A stretch of DNA of 64,000 nucleotides, taken from positions 1,633 to 65,632 of the forward strand of contig DASXNG010000054.1 in assembly GCA_036495225.1 (NCBI GenBank), read 5' to 3'. This DNA is from Galbitalea sp. (lineage in GTDB: Bacteria; Actinomycetota; Actinomycetes; Actinomycetales; Microbacteriaceae). Shown here piece by piece: positions 9,238 to 17,781 of this stretch (position 1 is its first letter; each line of letters begins with the position of its first letter). Both the position numbers and the translations under genes were made by a program. The notes under the pieces are model-generated. The model had not been told where the DNA came from and ran no database searches. It saw only the letters and a program-made list of their open reading frames with translations.

Positions 9238-11240
9238 CGCACGTGTCCCTGTTCGAATCGGTGCTCATCGCCAATCGCGGTGAGATCGCATGCCGAGTCA
9301 TCGACACGCTGCGGCGACTTGGCATCCGATCGATCGCTGTCTACAGCGATGCGGACGAGGGTGCTCGACACGTCGGACTGGCGGATGTCGCGCTACGCAT
9401 CGGCCCTGCCGCCGCGGCCGAGAGCTATCTCAGCATCCCCGCGATTATCGGCGCAGCCAGGGAGTCGGGGGCCGAGGCCATCCATCCCGGGTACGGGTTC
9501 CTGTCCGAAAACCCGGAACTCGCACGCGCCTGCGCAGCGGCTGGGTTCGTGTTCATCGGGCCGCAGCCCGAGGCCATCGAGGTCATGGGTGACAAGATCC
9601 GCGCCAAGGCGCACGTTGCGGCACGAGGAGTTCCGGTCATCCCCGGCGCTGGCGAGGCTGGCATGTCCGACGCCGAGCTGATGGTTGCGGCAGCTGACGT
9701 CGGCTACCCGCTGCTCATCAAGCCCTCGGCGGGGGGCGGCGGCAAGGGCATGACGGTCGTCGAACGGGAGGATGATCTCTCCGAAGCGCTTCTCGGTGCC
9801 AGGCGCGTCGCCCTCGCCGCTTTCGGCGACGACACGTTGCTTCTCGAGCGCTATGTCACGCGGCCGCGGCACATCGAGGTGCAGGTGCTAGGCGATGCTG
9901 CCGGCACGATCATCCATTTGGGCGAGCGGGAGTGTTCGCTGCAGCGCAGGCACCAGAAGGTCATCGAGGAGGCGCCGTCGCCGCTTCTCACCGCCGCTCA
10001 ACGTGAACGCATGGGCGAGGCCGCCTGTGCCGTCGCGGCGAGTGTCGATTATCTCGGAGCGGGCACCGTCGAATTTCTGGTGTCGGATGCCGCGCCAGAC
10101 GAGTTCTTCTTCATGGAGATGAACACGCGACTGCAAGTCGAGCATCCGGTGACCGAACTCGTGACCGGCATTGACCTCGTCGAACAACAGTTGCGCATCG
10201 CGGCGGGCCAACCGCTCGGGCTCGCCCAGTCGAAGGTCGTCCTCACCGGTCACGCAATCGAGGCTCGGCTGTATGCGGAAGACCCCGCGCGCGACTTTCT
10301 GCCGTCAGCCGGCACGGTGGTGGCGCTCGGATCGCCGTCCGGTGCGGGAGTGAGGGTGGACAGTGCGCTCATCGAAGGTGTCGTCGTGACCTCCGATTAC
10401 GATCCGATGCTCGCGAAGATCGTCGGCTTCGGAGCCAATCGCGACGAAGCCCTCGCCCGACTGGATGCCGCCCTCGCCGACACCCTCGTCCTCGGGGTCC
10501 GCACCAACCGACAGTTTCTGCGCGGACTCCTTGCCGACCCTGACGTTCGGGCAGGCCGGCTCGATACGGGGCTCATCGAAAGATCGCGAGCCGCCGAAAC
10601 GCGCGGCGCGCCGGATGACGCGGCTCTCGTGACCGTGGCGCTCACCTTGCACGCTTTCGGCTGGGCCGGCTCGCCGTGGCACCGGCCAAGCGGCTGGCGC
10701 GTTGGCGTCGCTCGCCAGGTTCGTTACGTGCTGAGGCACGGCTCAGAAGACTTCGACGTGCTTGTGAGCGGCCCGCCGGATGACGCGAGGACCGAGATCG
10801 GCGGAGTGACCAGGCACGCGCGGTATGCATGTCGCGACGGCAAGACTTCGGTCGAGCTTGACGGTCGGATCGTGACATCCACTGTCGTAGTTGTCGCGAA
10901 CCGAATCTGGGTCGGAAGCCACGATTTTGCGGTTGATTTCGAGGTCGTCTCCCGTGAGCAAGCGCTCGCCGAGCACCGAGCGACCCTGACCCGCGTCCCC
11001 GGTGCGGTGAGCCCGGAGGTGCGCACGCCCATGCCGGGCACGGTCGTGGCGGTCGCCGTCGCGACCGGCGACACCGTTGCGATTGGTCAGCTCATCGCCA
11101 CCATCGAAGCCATGAAGATGGAGCACACCATGCTCGCTTCCACAGCCGGCGTCGTCACCCTCGACGTCTCACCGGGCGACCAGGTCGCACTCGACCAGGT
11201 CGTCGCATCCATCAGTCCTCACGAAGGAGCAGCACCATGA
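9234..11240 (+). CDS. mccA: biotin carboxylase / biotin carboxyl carrier (alpha) subunit of acyl-CoA carboxylase, AccA1-like
   Basis: GTG at 9234 overlaps the upstream stop (GTGA). ATP-grasp biotin carboxylase domain and a C-terminal biotinyl motif IEAMKMEH. An alternative GTG lies at 9243. Confidence 0.85.
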   Translation: MTHVSLFESVLIANRGEIACRVIDTLRRLGIRSIAVYSDADEGARHVGLADVALRIGPAAAAESYLSIPAIIGAARESGAEAIHPGYGFLSENPELARACAAAGFVFIGPQPEAIEVMGDKIRAKAHVAARGVPVIPGAGEAGMSDAELMVAAADVGYPLLIKPSAGGGGKGMTVVEREDDLSEALLGARRVALAAFGDDTLLLERYVTRPRHIEVQVLGDAAGTIIHLGERECSLQRRHQKVIEEAPSPLLTAAQRERMGEAACAVAASVDYLGAGTVEFLVSDAAPDEFFFMEMNTRLQVEHPVTELVTGIDLVEQQLRIAAGQPLGLAQSKVVLTGHAIEARLYAEDPARDFLPSAGTVVALGSPSGAGVRVDSALIEGVVVTSDYDPMLAKIVGFGANRDEALARLDAALADTLVLGVRTNRQFLRGLLADPDVRAGRLDTGLIERSRAAETRGAPDDAALVTVALTLHAFGWAGSPWHRPSGWRVGVARQVRYVLRHGSEDFDVLVSGPPDDARTEIGGVTRHARYACRDGKTSVELDGRIVTSTVVVVANRIWVGSHDFAVDFEVVSREQALAEHRATLTRVPGAVSPEVRTPMPGTVVAVAVATGDTVAIGQLIATIEAMKMEHTMLASTAGVVTLDVSPGDQVALDQVVASISPHEGAAP

Positions 11241-12403
11241 ACAACGACCTCAGCCGAGAAGAACAACAACTGAGCGACGAGGTGCGCGACTTCGCCGACA
11301 GCGTCGTCGCGCCCGCGGCGTACGAGTACGACACCAAGCGTGAGCTGCCGTACGACATCATCGCGGCGATGGGCGACATGGGCCTCTTCGGGCTGCCGAT
11401 TGCGAAGGAGTACGGCGGGCAGGGTCGCACCTACTTCGAGTTGTGCCTTGCGATCGAGCAGCTGAGTCGCGCCGACCAGTCCATCGGGGTCACGCTCGAG
11501 GCGGGCGTCGGGCTCGGCATCATGCCGATCTACCGATTCGGCACGGAGGAACAGCGACAGCGTTGGCTGCCCGATCTGACTGCCGGTCGCGCGCTCGCAG
11601 GCTTCGGTCTGACGGAGGCTGAGGCGGGATCGGATGCCGCGCACACACAGACCACCGCGGTACTCGACGGTGGGGAGTGGGTCATCAACGGGTCTAAGCA
11701 GTTCATCACGAACTCCGGAAGCAAGATCACCAGGCTGGTGACGGTGACCGCGGTCACCGGCGAAAGCACCCGGGGCGACGGCAGCGTGCGCAAGGAACTG
11801 ACAGCGATCCTGGTGCCGAACGGAACCCCAGGATTCACGGTCGAGCCCAGCTACGACAAGGTCGGCTGGCACACATCCGACACCCACCCTCTTCGGTTCG
11901 AAAACGTTCGAGTGCCAGCGGCCAATCTGCTTGGGGAATGCGGTCGGGGCTTCGCCCAGTTCCTTGAGGTGCTCGACGAGGGGCGTGTCGCGTTCGCGGC
12001 GCTCTGCACCGGAGCGGCGCAAGGTTGTCTCGAAGAAGCCATGCGGTACGCGGCATCCAGAAACGTTTTCGGGCATCCGATCGGCGAAAACCAGCACATC
12101 GCGTTCAAGATTGCGCGGATGCAGGCGCGCGTGCACTCGGCGCGGCTCGCGTACTACGACGCGGCGCGACGAATCGATGCTGGGCAGCCCTTCAAGCTGC
12201 AGGCTTCGCTCGCCAAACTGATCGCGAGCGAAGCCGCCATGGACAACGCGAGAGACGCGACCCAGATCTTCGGTGGGTACGGTTTTCTCAACGAAAACCC
12301 GGTCGCGCGGCACTATCGGGACTCGAAGATTCTCGAGATCGGCGAAGGCACCACGGAGGTTCAGCTGATGGTCATCAGCAGGGAGTTGGGGTTCGCGGCA
12401 TGA
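11237..12403 (+). CDS. acyl-CoA dehydrogenase (isovaleryl-CoA dehydrogenase-like, FadE19-like)
   Basis: 388 aa ACAD fold, with C-terminal IFGGYGF...RHYRDSKILEIGEGTTEVQ. Operon context with the MCC subunits. Confidence 0.85.
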   Translation: MNNDLSREEQQLSDEVRDFADSVVAPAAYEYDTKRELPYDIIAAMGDMGLFGLPIAKEYGGQGRTYFELCLAIEQLSRADQSIGVTLEAGVGLGIMPIYRFGTEEQRQRWLPDLTAGRALAGFGLTEAEAGSDAAHTQTTAVLDGGEWVINGSKQFITNSGSKITRLVTVTAVTGESTRGDGSVRKELTAILVPNGTPGFTVEPSYDKVGWHTSDTHPLRFENVRVPAANLLGECGRGFAQFLEVLDEGRVAFAALCTGAAQGCLEEAMRYAASRNVFGHPIGENQHIAFKIARMQARVHSARLAYYDAARRIDAGQPFKLQASLAKLIASEAAMDNARDATQIFGGYGFLNENPVARHYRDSKILEIGEGTTEVQLMVISRELGFAA

Positions 12404-12873
12404 GCGACATCGAACAACGGGGGCTGTACTTCGAGGAATTCGTGGTCGGCGACCGGTACCTTCATCGGCCGGGGCGCACGGTCACGGAGGCCGACAACGT
12501 GCTCTTCTCCACGCTCACCATGAACTCGCAGGCGCTGCACCTCGATGCCGCGTGGTCCGCGACCCAGCCGTTCGGGCAGCGGCTCGTCAACTCGATGTTC
12601 ACACTCGCCACCATGGTCGGCAGCTCGGTAGGGCAACTGACACAGGGCACGCTTGTCGCGAACCTCGGGTTTAGCGCGGTCGCATTTCCGGCGCCGCTGT
12701 TCATCGGGGACACGCTGTACTCCGAGACGACGATCGAGGCGGCCCGGCTGTCGGAGTCGCGCCCCGGGCAGGGCATCGTCACGCTGGCTCACACGGGACG
12801 CAACCAGGACGGCGTCGTAGTGGCAACGGCCGGGCGTTCGGCGCTGATGTGGTGCGAGGGCGCGCGACCATGA
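12400..12873 (+). CDS. MaoC-like (R)-specific enoyl-CoA hydratase/dehydratase
   Basis: ATG at 12400 overlaps the upstream stop (ATGA). Hot-dog fold signature: YFEEFVVGDRYLHRPGRTVTEADNVLFSTLTMN. Confidence 0.8.
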   Translation: MSDIEQRGLYFEEFVVGDRYLHRPGRTVTEADNVLFSTLTMNSQALHLDAAWSATQPFGQRLVNSMFTLATMVGSSVGQLTQGTLVANLGFSAVAFPAPLFIGDTLYSETTIEAARLSESRPGQGIVTLAHTGRNQDGVVVATAGRSALMWCEGARP

Positions 12874-13673
12874 GCTTTGAGCTCGGGCCCGCGATCCTGT
12901 TCTGCCCCGCGGACCGTCCGGAGCGTTACGACAAGGCGGCGGCACGGGCGGATGCCGTCATCCTCGACCTCGAGGATGCGGTTGCCGCGGCAGACAAACC
13001 TGCTGCCAGGGAGGCCCTGCTCGAGCATCGACTCGACCCGGCGACGACAATCGTCAGGGTCAACGGCTTCGAGACCGAGCACTTCGAGCTCGACCTCGCC
13101 GTCTTACGGGCTACCGATTACCGCACTGTGATGCTGCCGAAGGCGACGTCGCGCGCCCAGTTGGGGTCGCTTCGCGGGTTCGATGTCGTCGCGCTGTGCG
13201 AGACGGCAGCGGGCATCCTGAATGCTCGGGAGATTGCGGAAGTCGAGCACGTCGTTGCCCTCATGTGGGGCGCGGAAGACCTCGTGGCCTCCCTCGGCGG
13301 CACATCGAGCAGGCGCGACGGCCGCTATCGCGACGTCCCGCGCCAGGCCAGGTCGGCCGTGCTGCTCGCGGGGGCGGCATCCGATGTTGCCGTTATCGAC
13401 GCTGTGTTCATGGATATCGCGAATCTCGACGGACTCGCGGAGGAGGCGCAGGATGCCGCCGCCAGCGGTTTCGCCGCGACAGCGTGTATCCACCCGAGCC
13501 AGGTCGAGACGATCCGCCAGGCGTATGCCCCCACCCCAGAGCAGGTCGCGGACGCGCAGGCGCTCCTGGATGCTGCGGCTCACGAACGCGGTGCGTTCAG
13601 CTTCCGCGGTCGCATGGTCGACGAGCCTGTGCTCCGCCACGCCCGCACCCTCCTCGCCCGTGCCCGGATGTAG
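12870..13673 (+). CDS. citE: CitE-like (HpcH/HpaI family) beta-hydroxyacyl-CoA lyase
   Basis: MSFELGPAILFCPADRPERYDKA...VILDLEDAV is typical of citryl-CoA lyase beta-like enzymes. ATGA overlap with the MaoC gene. The TAG stop lies inside the downstream repeat. Confidence 0.8.
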   Translation: MSFELGPAILFCPADRPERYDKAAARADAVILDLEDAVAAADKPAAREALLEHRLDPATTIVRVNGFETEHFELDLAVLRATDYRTVMLPKATSRAQLGSLRGFDVVALCETAAGILNAREIAEVEHVVALMWGAEDLVASLGGTSSRRDGRYRDVPRQARSAVLLAGAASDVAVIDAVFMDIANLDGLAEEAQDAAASGFAATACIHPSQVETIRQAYAPTPEQVADAQALLDAAAHERGAFSFRGRMVDEPVLRHARTLLARARM

Positions 13674-13779
13674 TTGGTTGAGTAGCGCGCCGCGAAGCGG
13701 CTCGCGTATCGAAACCTGTTTTCGGAACGCTCAAGTCGGGTTTCGCTACGACCGCGGCGCGGTCCACTCAACCAACTAC
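13671..13779. repeat. short hairpin form of the TA-GTTGGTTGAGTAGCGC repeat family
   Basis: tagttggttgagtagcgc-gccgcgaagcggc-tcgcgtatcgaaacc ... gggtttcgctacga-ccgcggcgcgg-tccactcaaccaactac. It fills the whole gap between the convergent stop codons of citE (13671-13673) and the Doc-like gene (13780-13782). Confidence 0.8.
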
Positions 13780-14175
13780 TCAGGCGACGGCGGGGCCCCT
13801 GCCGCGGTCTACCGTCTCCTCGCGGAGCTCGTTCGCGATGTCATCCACGGTGGGCAACCGTTCAGTAGAAATAGCCGCGATGAACGTGTACGCGTCACCG
13901 TTGGTCATCGCGAGCCGGCGACCGTTTGCGCCGAGAAACACGGTGAGAGCAGCGAGCGCCAGCTTGTGATTGCCCGACTCCAGCCCTTTGGTGCGTGCGA
14001 GTGACTGCACGAGGGCCGCAGCCTTGTCTTCCAGTGTCGGGTAGACATCCTCACCCTCGTATCGTGCGCGAGGACGCGCGAGCGCTGCCTCGATGAGTCC
14101 GAGATCTCGCACGGAAACTTCGCCGAGGGTGCGCTCGGCGATGTAGACCAGCTCGGGCAACGAGAGGTAGATCAC
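13780..14175 (-). CDS. Doc/Fic-family toxin-like protein with a degenerate Fic motif
   Basis: 131 aa. It aligns without gaps to the canonical Doc at 40306-40680, but the motif reads KGLESGNHKL instead of HAMIDGNKRF. It overlaps the upstream RHH gene by 4 nt. Confidence 0.7.
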   Translation of the reverse strand: MIYLSLPELVYIAERTLGEVSVRDLGLIEAALARPRARYEGEDVYPTLEDKAAALVQSLARTKGLESGNHKLALAALTVFLGANGRRLAMTNGDAYTFIAAISTERLPTVDDIANELREETVDRGRGPAVA

Positions 14176-14375
14176 CGGCTGAGCCGCTCGAGCGCCTCAG
14201 CATAGATCGGCAACTCCTCATCGAGGATCTCGTCGATCAGATCGGCCCGGCTGTGCGCCTCGATGTACTCGCGGATGGCCTGCCTCGCGACCTCCTGCAT
14301 GGAACGTGCCTCGTGGTCGGCGCGTTTGCGCAGAGCATCCAGTTCGTCGGCTGTCAGCCGGAGCGTCATTGCCAT
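14172..14375 (-). CDS. ribbon-helix-helix (CopG-like) antitoxin
   Basis: 67 aa beginning MAMTLRLTADELDALRKRADHEARSMQEVARQAIREYI. Paralog of 40094-40309. Confidence 0.75.
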   Translation of the reverse strand: MAMTLRLTADELDALRKRADHEARSMQEVARQAIREYIEAHSRADLIDEILDEELPIYAEALERLSR

Positions 14376-14381
14376 ACGTCC

Positions 14382-14394
14382 ACGGTATTACCGT
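14382..14394. promoter_or_regulatory. palindrome ACGGTAtTACCGT immediately upstream of the RHH antitoxin start
   Basis: 6-bp arms, 7 nt from the start codon at 14375. It shares a GGTA/TACC core with the palindrome upstream of the second RHH-Doc pair. Confidence 0.4.
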
Positions 14395-14416
14395 TGACAC
14401 CGCAATGTAAGGGCGA

Positions 14417-14851
14417 CTATTCCTCGAAGGTATTGACCATCGCGAACGCCGCCCGTTCGAGGTAGCCCCACAGCGTGGCGTCCTGCAGCGGCGGCAACTC
14501 GATGCTGTCTAGCGCGGCACGCATGTGGTGCAGCCAGCGGTCGCGGGCAGCAGGATTCACTTTGAAGGGTTGGTGGCGCATTCGGAGCCTCGGATGTCCG
14601 CGCTCCTGGCTGTACGTGCCAGGGCCACCCCAGTACTGTTCGAGAAACCCGGTGAGCCGCTGGATGGCGCCTTCGAGGTCTTCTTCCGGATACAGCGGGC
14701 GCAAGAGTTCGTCGTCCGCGACTCCCGCGTAGAACGCGCGCACCAGTTTCTCGAATGTTGGCCTGCCGCCGACCTCGCGCCAGAAGTTGCCGGTGACCGC
14801 TTCGCCACCTTCGGACGCGCGGAGGGTGAGCGGGCTCTTGTCGTCACTCAT
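14417..14851 (-). CDS. glbO: group II truncated hemoglobin (trHbO)
   Basis: FYAGVADDELLRPLYPEEDLEGAIQRLTGFLEQYWGGPGTYSQERGHPRLRMRH. The preferred start MSDDKS at 14851 gives an 8-nt overlap with the MscS stop. An alternative ATG lies at 14866. Confidence 0.85.
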   Translation of the reverse strand: MSDDKSPLTLRASEGGEAVTGNFWREVGGRPTFEKLVRAFYAGVADDELLRPLYPEEDLEGAIQRLTGFLEQYWGGPGTYSQERGHPRLRMRHQPFKVNPAARDRWLHHMRAALDSIELPPLQDATLWGYLERAAFAMVNTFEE

Positions 14852-15971
14852 CTGTGGGCTTCGCATCTTTCGGCTCCGGCGGGGCGGTTGTGGGATCGCG
14901 CTTCGGCAGGGGCAGCGTCGTCGCGCGTGGGTCTTTCACGGTGCTCTTTCGCCTACCGCGCGGTGGCTTCGGGTCTTCGGTCGTCACGACCGGGCTCGGG
15001 GTGGTGCGCGGTGGGCGAGCGCCGCCAACACTCTCTGCACCATCGAACCCACTGAGCACGACAGCATTGAGCGATGGGAGCTGGACGCCCATGTCGTCGA
15101 GTGTCGACTTGACCGTCGCGCGCAGTTCGCGAGCGACATCATCCTTGCTGCCCGGCACCGTCTTCATCACGAGACGGATCACGATTGCTTCAGCCGAGAT
15201 CGACTCGATGCCCCACAGCTCCGGCTTCTCGATGATCCGTGCCCGCCACTTGGTGTTGGTCGCAAGGTCGGTCGCCGCGGCAAGGATGCGCCGCTGCACC
15301 TCCTGCACGTCCGCGTCGTACGGAACGGCGAGGTCAAGGATGACGCGGGACCAGCCCTGCGACATGTTGCCAACCCGAAGGATCTCGCCGTTGCGGCAGA
15401 ACCAGACTGTGCCGTTGACGTCACGAATGGTTGTGATGCGGATGGCAACAGCCTCGACGACTCCAGTCGCTGCCCCGACGTCGACGACGTCGCCAACCCC
15501 GTACTGGTCTTCGGCGACCATGAACAACCCGTTGAGCACATCCTTGACCACGTTTTGTGCGCCGAATCCGAGACCCGCACCGAGCGCGCCGGTCAGAAGC
15601 GCGAACGAGGCGGTGATGGTCGGATTAATGGATGTCACGATCAACAGCACCGCCACGATCACGATCACGACCGAAACGATGTTGTTCAGCACGTTGCCGA
15701 GCGTTCTGGTGCGCTGAACCGTACGCGCGGCGGCGAGCGGCGACGACAGCAGCGCGTGCGTGTCGGCGACGTTCTGCTTTTTCTTGACGCCGTTCACAAT
15801 GCGGTCGACGGAGCGATTGATCACGAACCGCAGGATGATCCGCGCAATGAGCGCGATGATGATGATCGCGACGATGTTGACGAGCGATTTCCACGCGTTG
15901 TTGATGTGCAGATACGCGAGGAACTGGTCCCACCAGTCGGGTGTCGGGAGAGTTGCTGCGAGGTAAACCAT
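14844..15971 (-). CDS. mechanosensitive ion channel family protein (MscS-like) with a basic, Pro-rich C-terminal tail
   Basis: N-terminal TM helices, then the MscS beta-domain GDVVDVGAATGVVEAVAIRITTIRDVNGTVWFCRNGEI. Confidence 0.8.
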   Translation of the reverse strand: MVYLAATLPTPDWWDQFLAYLHINNAWKSLVNIVAIIIIALIARIILRFVINRSVDRIVNGVKKKQNVADTHALLSSPLAAARTVQRTRTLGNVLNNIVSVVIVIVAVLLIVTSINPTITASFALLTGALGAGLGFGAQNVVKDVLNGLFMVAEDQYGVGDVVDVGAATGVVEAVAIRITTIRDVNGTVWFCRNGEILRVGNMSQGWSRVILDLAVPYDADVQEVQRRILAAATDLATNTKWRARIIEKPELWGIESISAEAIVIRLVMKTVPGSKDDVARELRATVKSTLDDMGVQLPSLNAVVLSGFDGAESVGGARPPRTTPSPVVTTEDPKPPRGRRKSTVKDPRATTLPLPKRDPTTAPPEPKDAKPTDE

Positions 15972-16018
15972 ATGGCTACCCAGTCTTCCCTATTCGGCTG
16001 GTGAAGCTGAAGCCAGGG

Positions 16019-16867
16019 TCACGCGTCCCGCCGCTTGACCAGCACCAGGGAGACCACGAACAGCACGACGAACCAGCCGAGCAGTACGAGTCCACCGGTG
16101 TAGGCGTCGAGCGAAATGACCCCGTCGATGCCGGACGGTGCGCTGCTGTTGTAGTCGTACACCTTCGCGCCGGCGTTCGTCGGCAGGAAGGCGATGATGT
16201 TGTATGCCCAGGTGGCGCCAGTCGTGGCTGCGACGATTCCGAGGATCGCCGGGACGACCAGCACGAGACCGATCGCGGTCGCAATGCCGGCGGCGGTGCT
16301 ACGGATGATCGCGCCGATGCTGAACGCAATGAGGCTGATCACGGCGAGATACGCGGCAGCGCCGAAGAGGCTGAGTAGAACCTTGCTGTTTCCGAGGTCC
16401 GGGTAGACGCCCTTGACGTGCATGAGGGGAAAGCACACCGCGACCGTACCGAAGACGGCGATCAGGGCGACCACGAAGGTCGTCACTCCCAGCACGATGG
16501 CCTTGCCGAACATCGTTCCGAGACGCTTGGGATCCGCGGCAAACGTCGCCCGGATCATCCCAGTGCCGTACTCGCCGCTGATGACCAGAACCCCGAGCAC
16601 GGAGAAGACCAGCTGTCCGATACCCGTGCCGCCGGTCGCGTAGAGCACCGCCATTGCCTGCTGCTCCGCGTAGCTCAGGTTCGGCGTGGTCGCGCCGGGC
16701 CGCTGGATCGTCGACAGCAGCAGGCCGACGCCGATCGTGAGGAGAATGACGATGACACAGCACCAGAAGGTGGAGCGCAGGGTCCACAGCTTGATGATTT
16801 CCGAGCGGAGTATGCCGCCAAACGTGAGGCGCGTGTTGCGAAGGTCCGCGTGAGATGTTGTGGTCAT
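16019..16867 (-). CDS. ABC-2 type transporter permease
   Basis: 282 aa, six predicted hydrophobic segments, 4-nt overlap with the upstream ATPase gene. Confidence 0.75.
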   Translation of the reverse strand: MTTTSHADLRNTRLTFGGILRSEIIKLWTLRSTFWCCVIVILLTIGVGLLLSTIQRPGATTPNLSYAEQQAMAVLYATGGTGIGQLVFSVLGVLVISGEYGTGMIRATFAADPKRLGTMFGKAIVLGVTTFVVALIAVFGTVAVCFPLMHVKGVYPDLGNSKVLLSLFGAAAYLAVISLIAFSIGAIIRSTAAGIATAIGLVLVVPAILGIVAATTGATWAYNIIAFLPTNAGAKVYDYNSSAPSGIDGVISLDAYTGGLVLLGWFVVLFVVSLVLVKRRDA

Positions 16868-17778
16868 GCTGCGTCCCCGCCCGCTCGGTATTCGACGTCG
16901 TCTTGCGTGAGTTCGAGGTACGCCTCCTCGAGTGAGGCTTCGATGGGAGTGAGCTCGTGGAGCACGATCTGCGATCCGGCGGCCAGTTCACCGATGTGCT
17001 CGGACGTGAGACCGCTGACGGTGAGCGTGTTGTTTTCGCCCGCAGTCACGGTGACATCCGGTCGAGCCAGGAGGGTCGCGAAGCGCGCAGCATCCGGTGT
17101 TCGCACCTTGACGGCCTGACCGGTCGCCTGGCTCAGGATGTCTCCGACCGGCGCATCCGCGATGATCCGGCCGCGCCCGAGCACGATGATCTGGTCGGCG
17201 GTCAGCGCCATCTCGCTCATGAGGTGCGATGAGAGGAAGACGGTTCGACCCTCGGCGGCGAGGTGCCGCGCGAGCGTTCGCACCCAGATCACGCCCTCAG
17301 GGTCGAGGCCGTTGACCGGCTCGTCGAGGATCAGGATGCCCGGATCCCCGAGCAGCGCGGTGGCGATGCCGAGGCGCTGGCCCATGCCGAGCGAAAACCC
17401 GCCAACGCGTTTGCGCGCAACCGATTCGAGGCCGGTCAGTGCGATGACCTCATTGACGCGCTTCTTACCGATGCCGCCCGTGGCCGCGATGGCCTGTAGA
17501 TGTGCGTACGCGGACCGTCCGGTGTGGACGGCCTTGGCATCGAGCAGCACGCCGACCTCGTGGAGTGGCGCCTTGAGGTCCGCGTAGCGCTGTCCGTTGA
17601 TCAGCACGGTCCCGGCAGTCGGACGATCGAGCCCGACGATCAGTCGCATGGTCGTGGACTTTCCTGCGCCGTTCGGTCCCAGGAAGCCGGTCACGAGACC
17701 GGGGCGCACGGCGAAATCAATGTGGTCGACAGCGACTTTTTCGCCGTAACGCTTGGTCAGTCCGTGCGCCTCGATCAT
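16864..17778 (-). CDS. ABC transporter ATP-binding protein
   Basis: Walker A GPNGAGKST, signature FSLGMGQRL, Walker B ILILDEP. Confidence 0.88.
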   Translation of the reverse strand: MIEAHGLTKRYGEKVAVDHIDFAVRPGLVTGFLGPNGAGKSTTMRLIVGLDRPTAGTVLINGQRYADLKAPLHEVGVLLDAKAVHTGRSAYAHLQAIAATGGIGKKRVNEVIALTGLESVARKRVGGFSLGMGQRLGIATALLGDPGILILDEPVNGLDPEGVIWVRTLARHLAAEGRTVFLSSHLMSEMALTADQIIVLGRGRIIADAPVGDILSQATGQAVKVRTPDAARFATLLARPDVTVTAGENNTLTVSGLTSEHIGELAAGSQIVLHELTPIEASLEEAYLELTQDDVEYRAGGDAA

Positions 17779-17781
17779 GCG

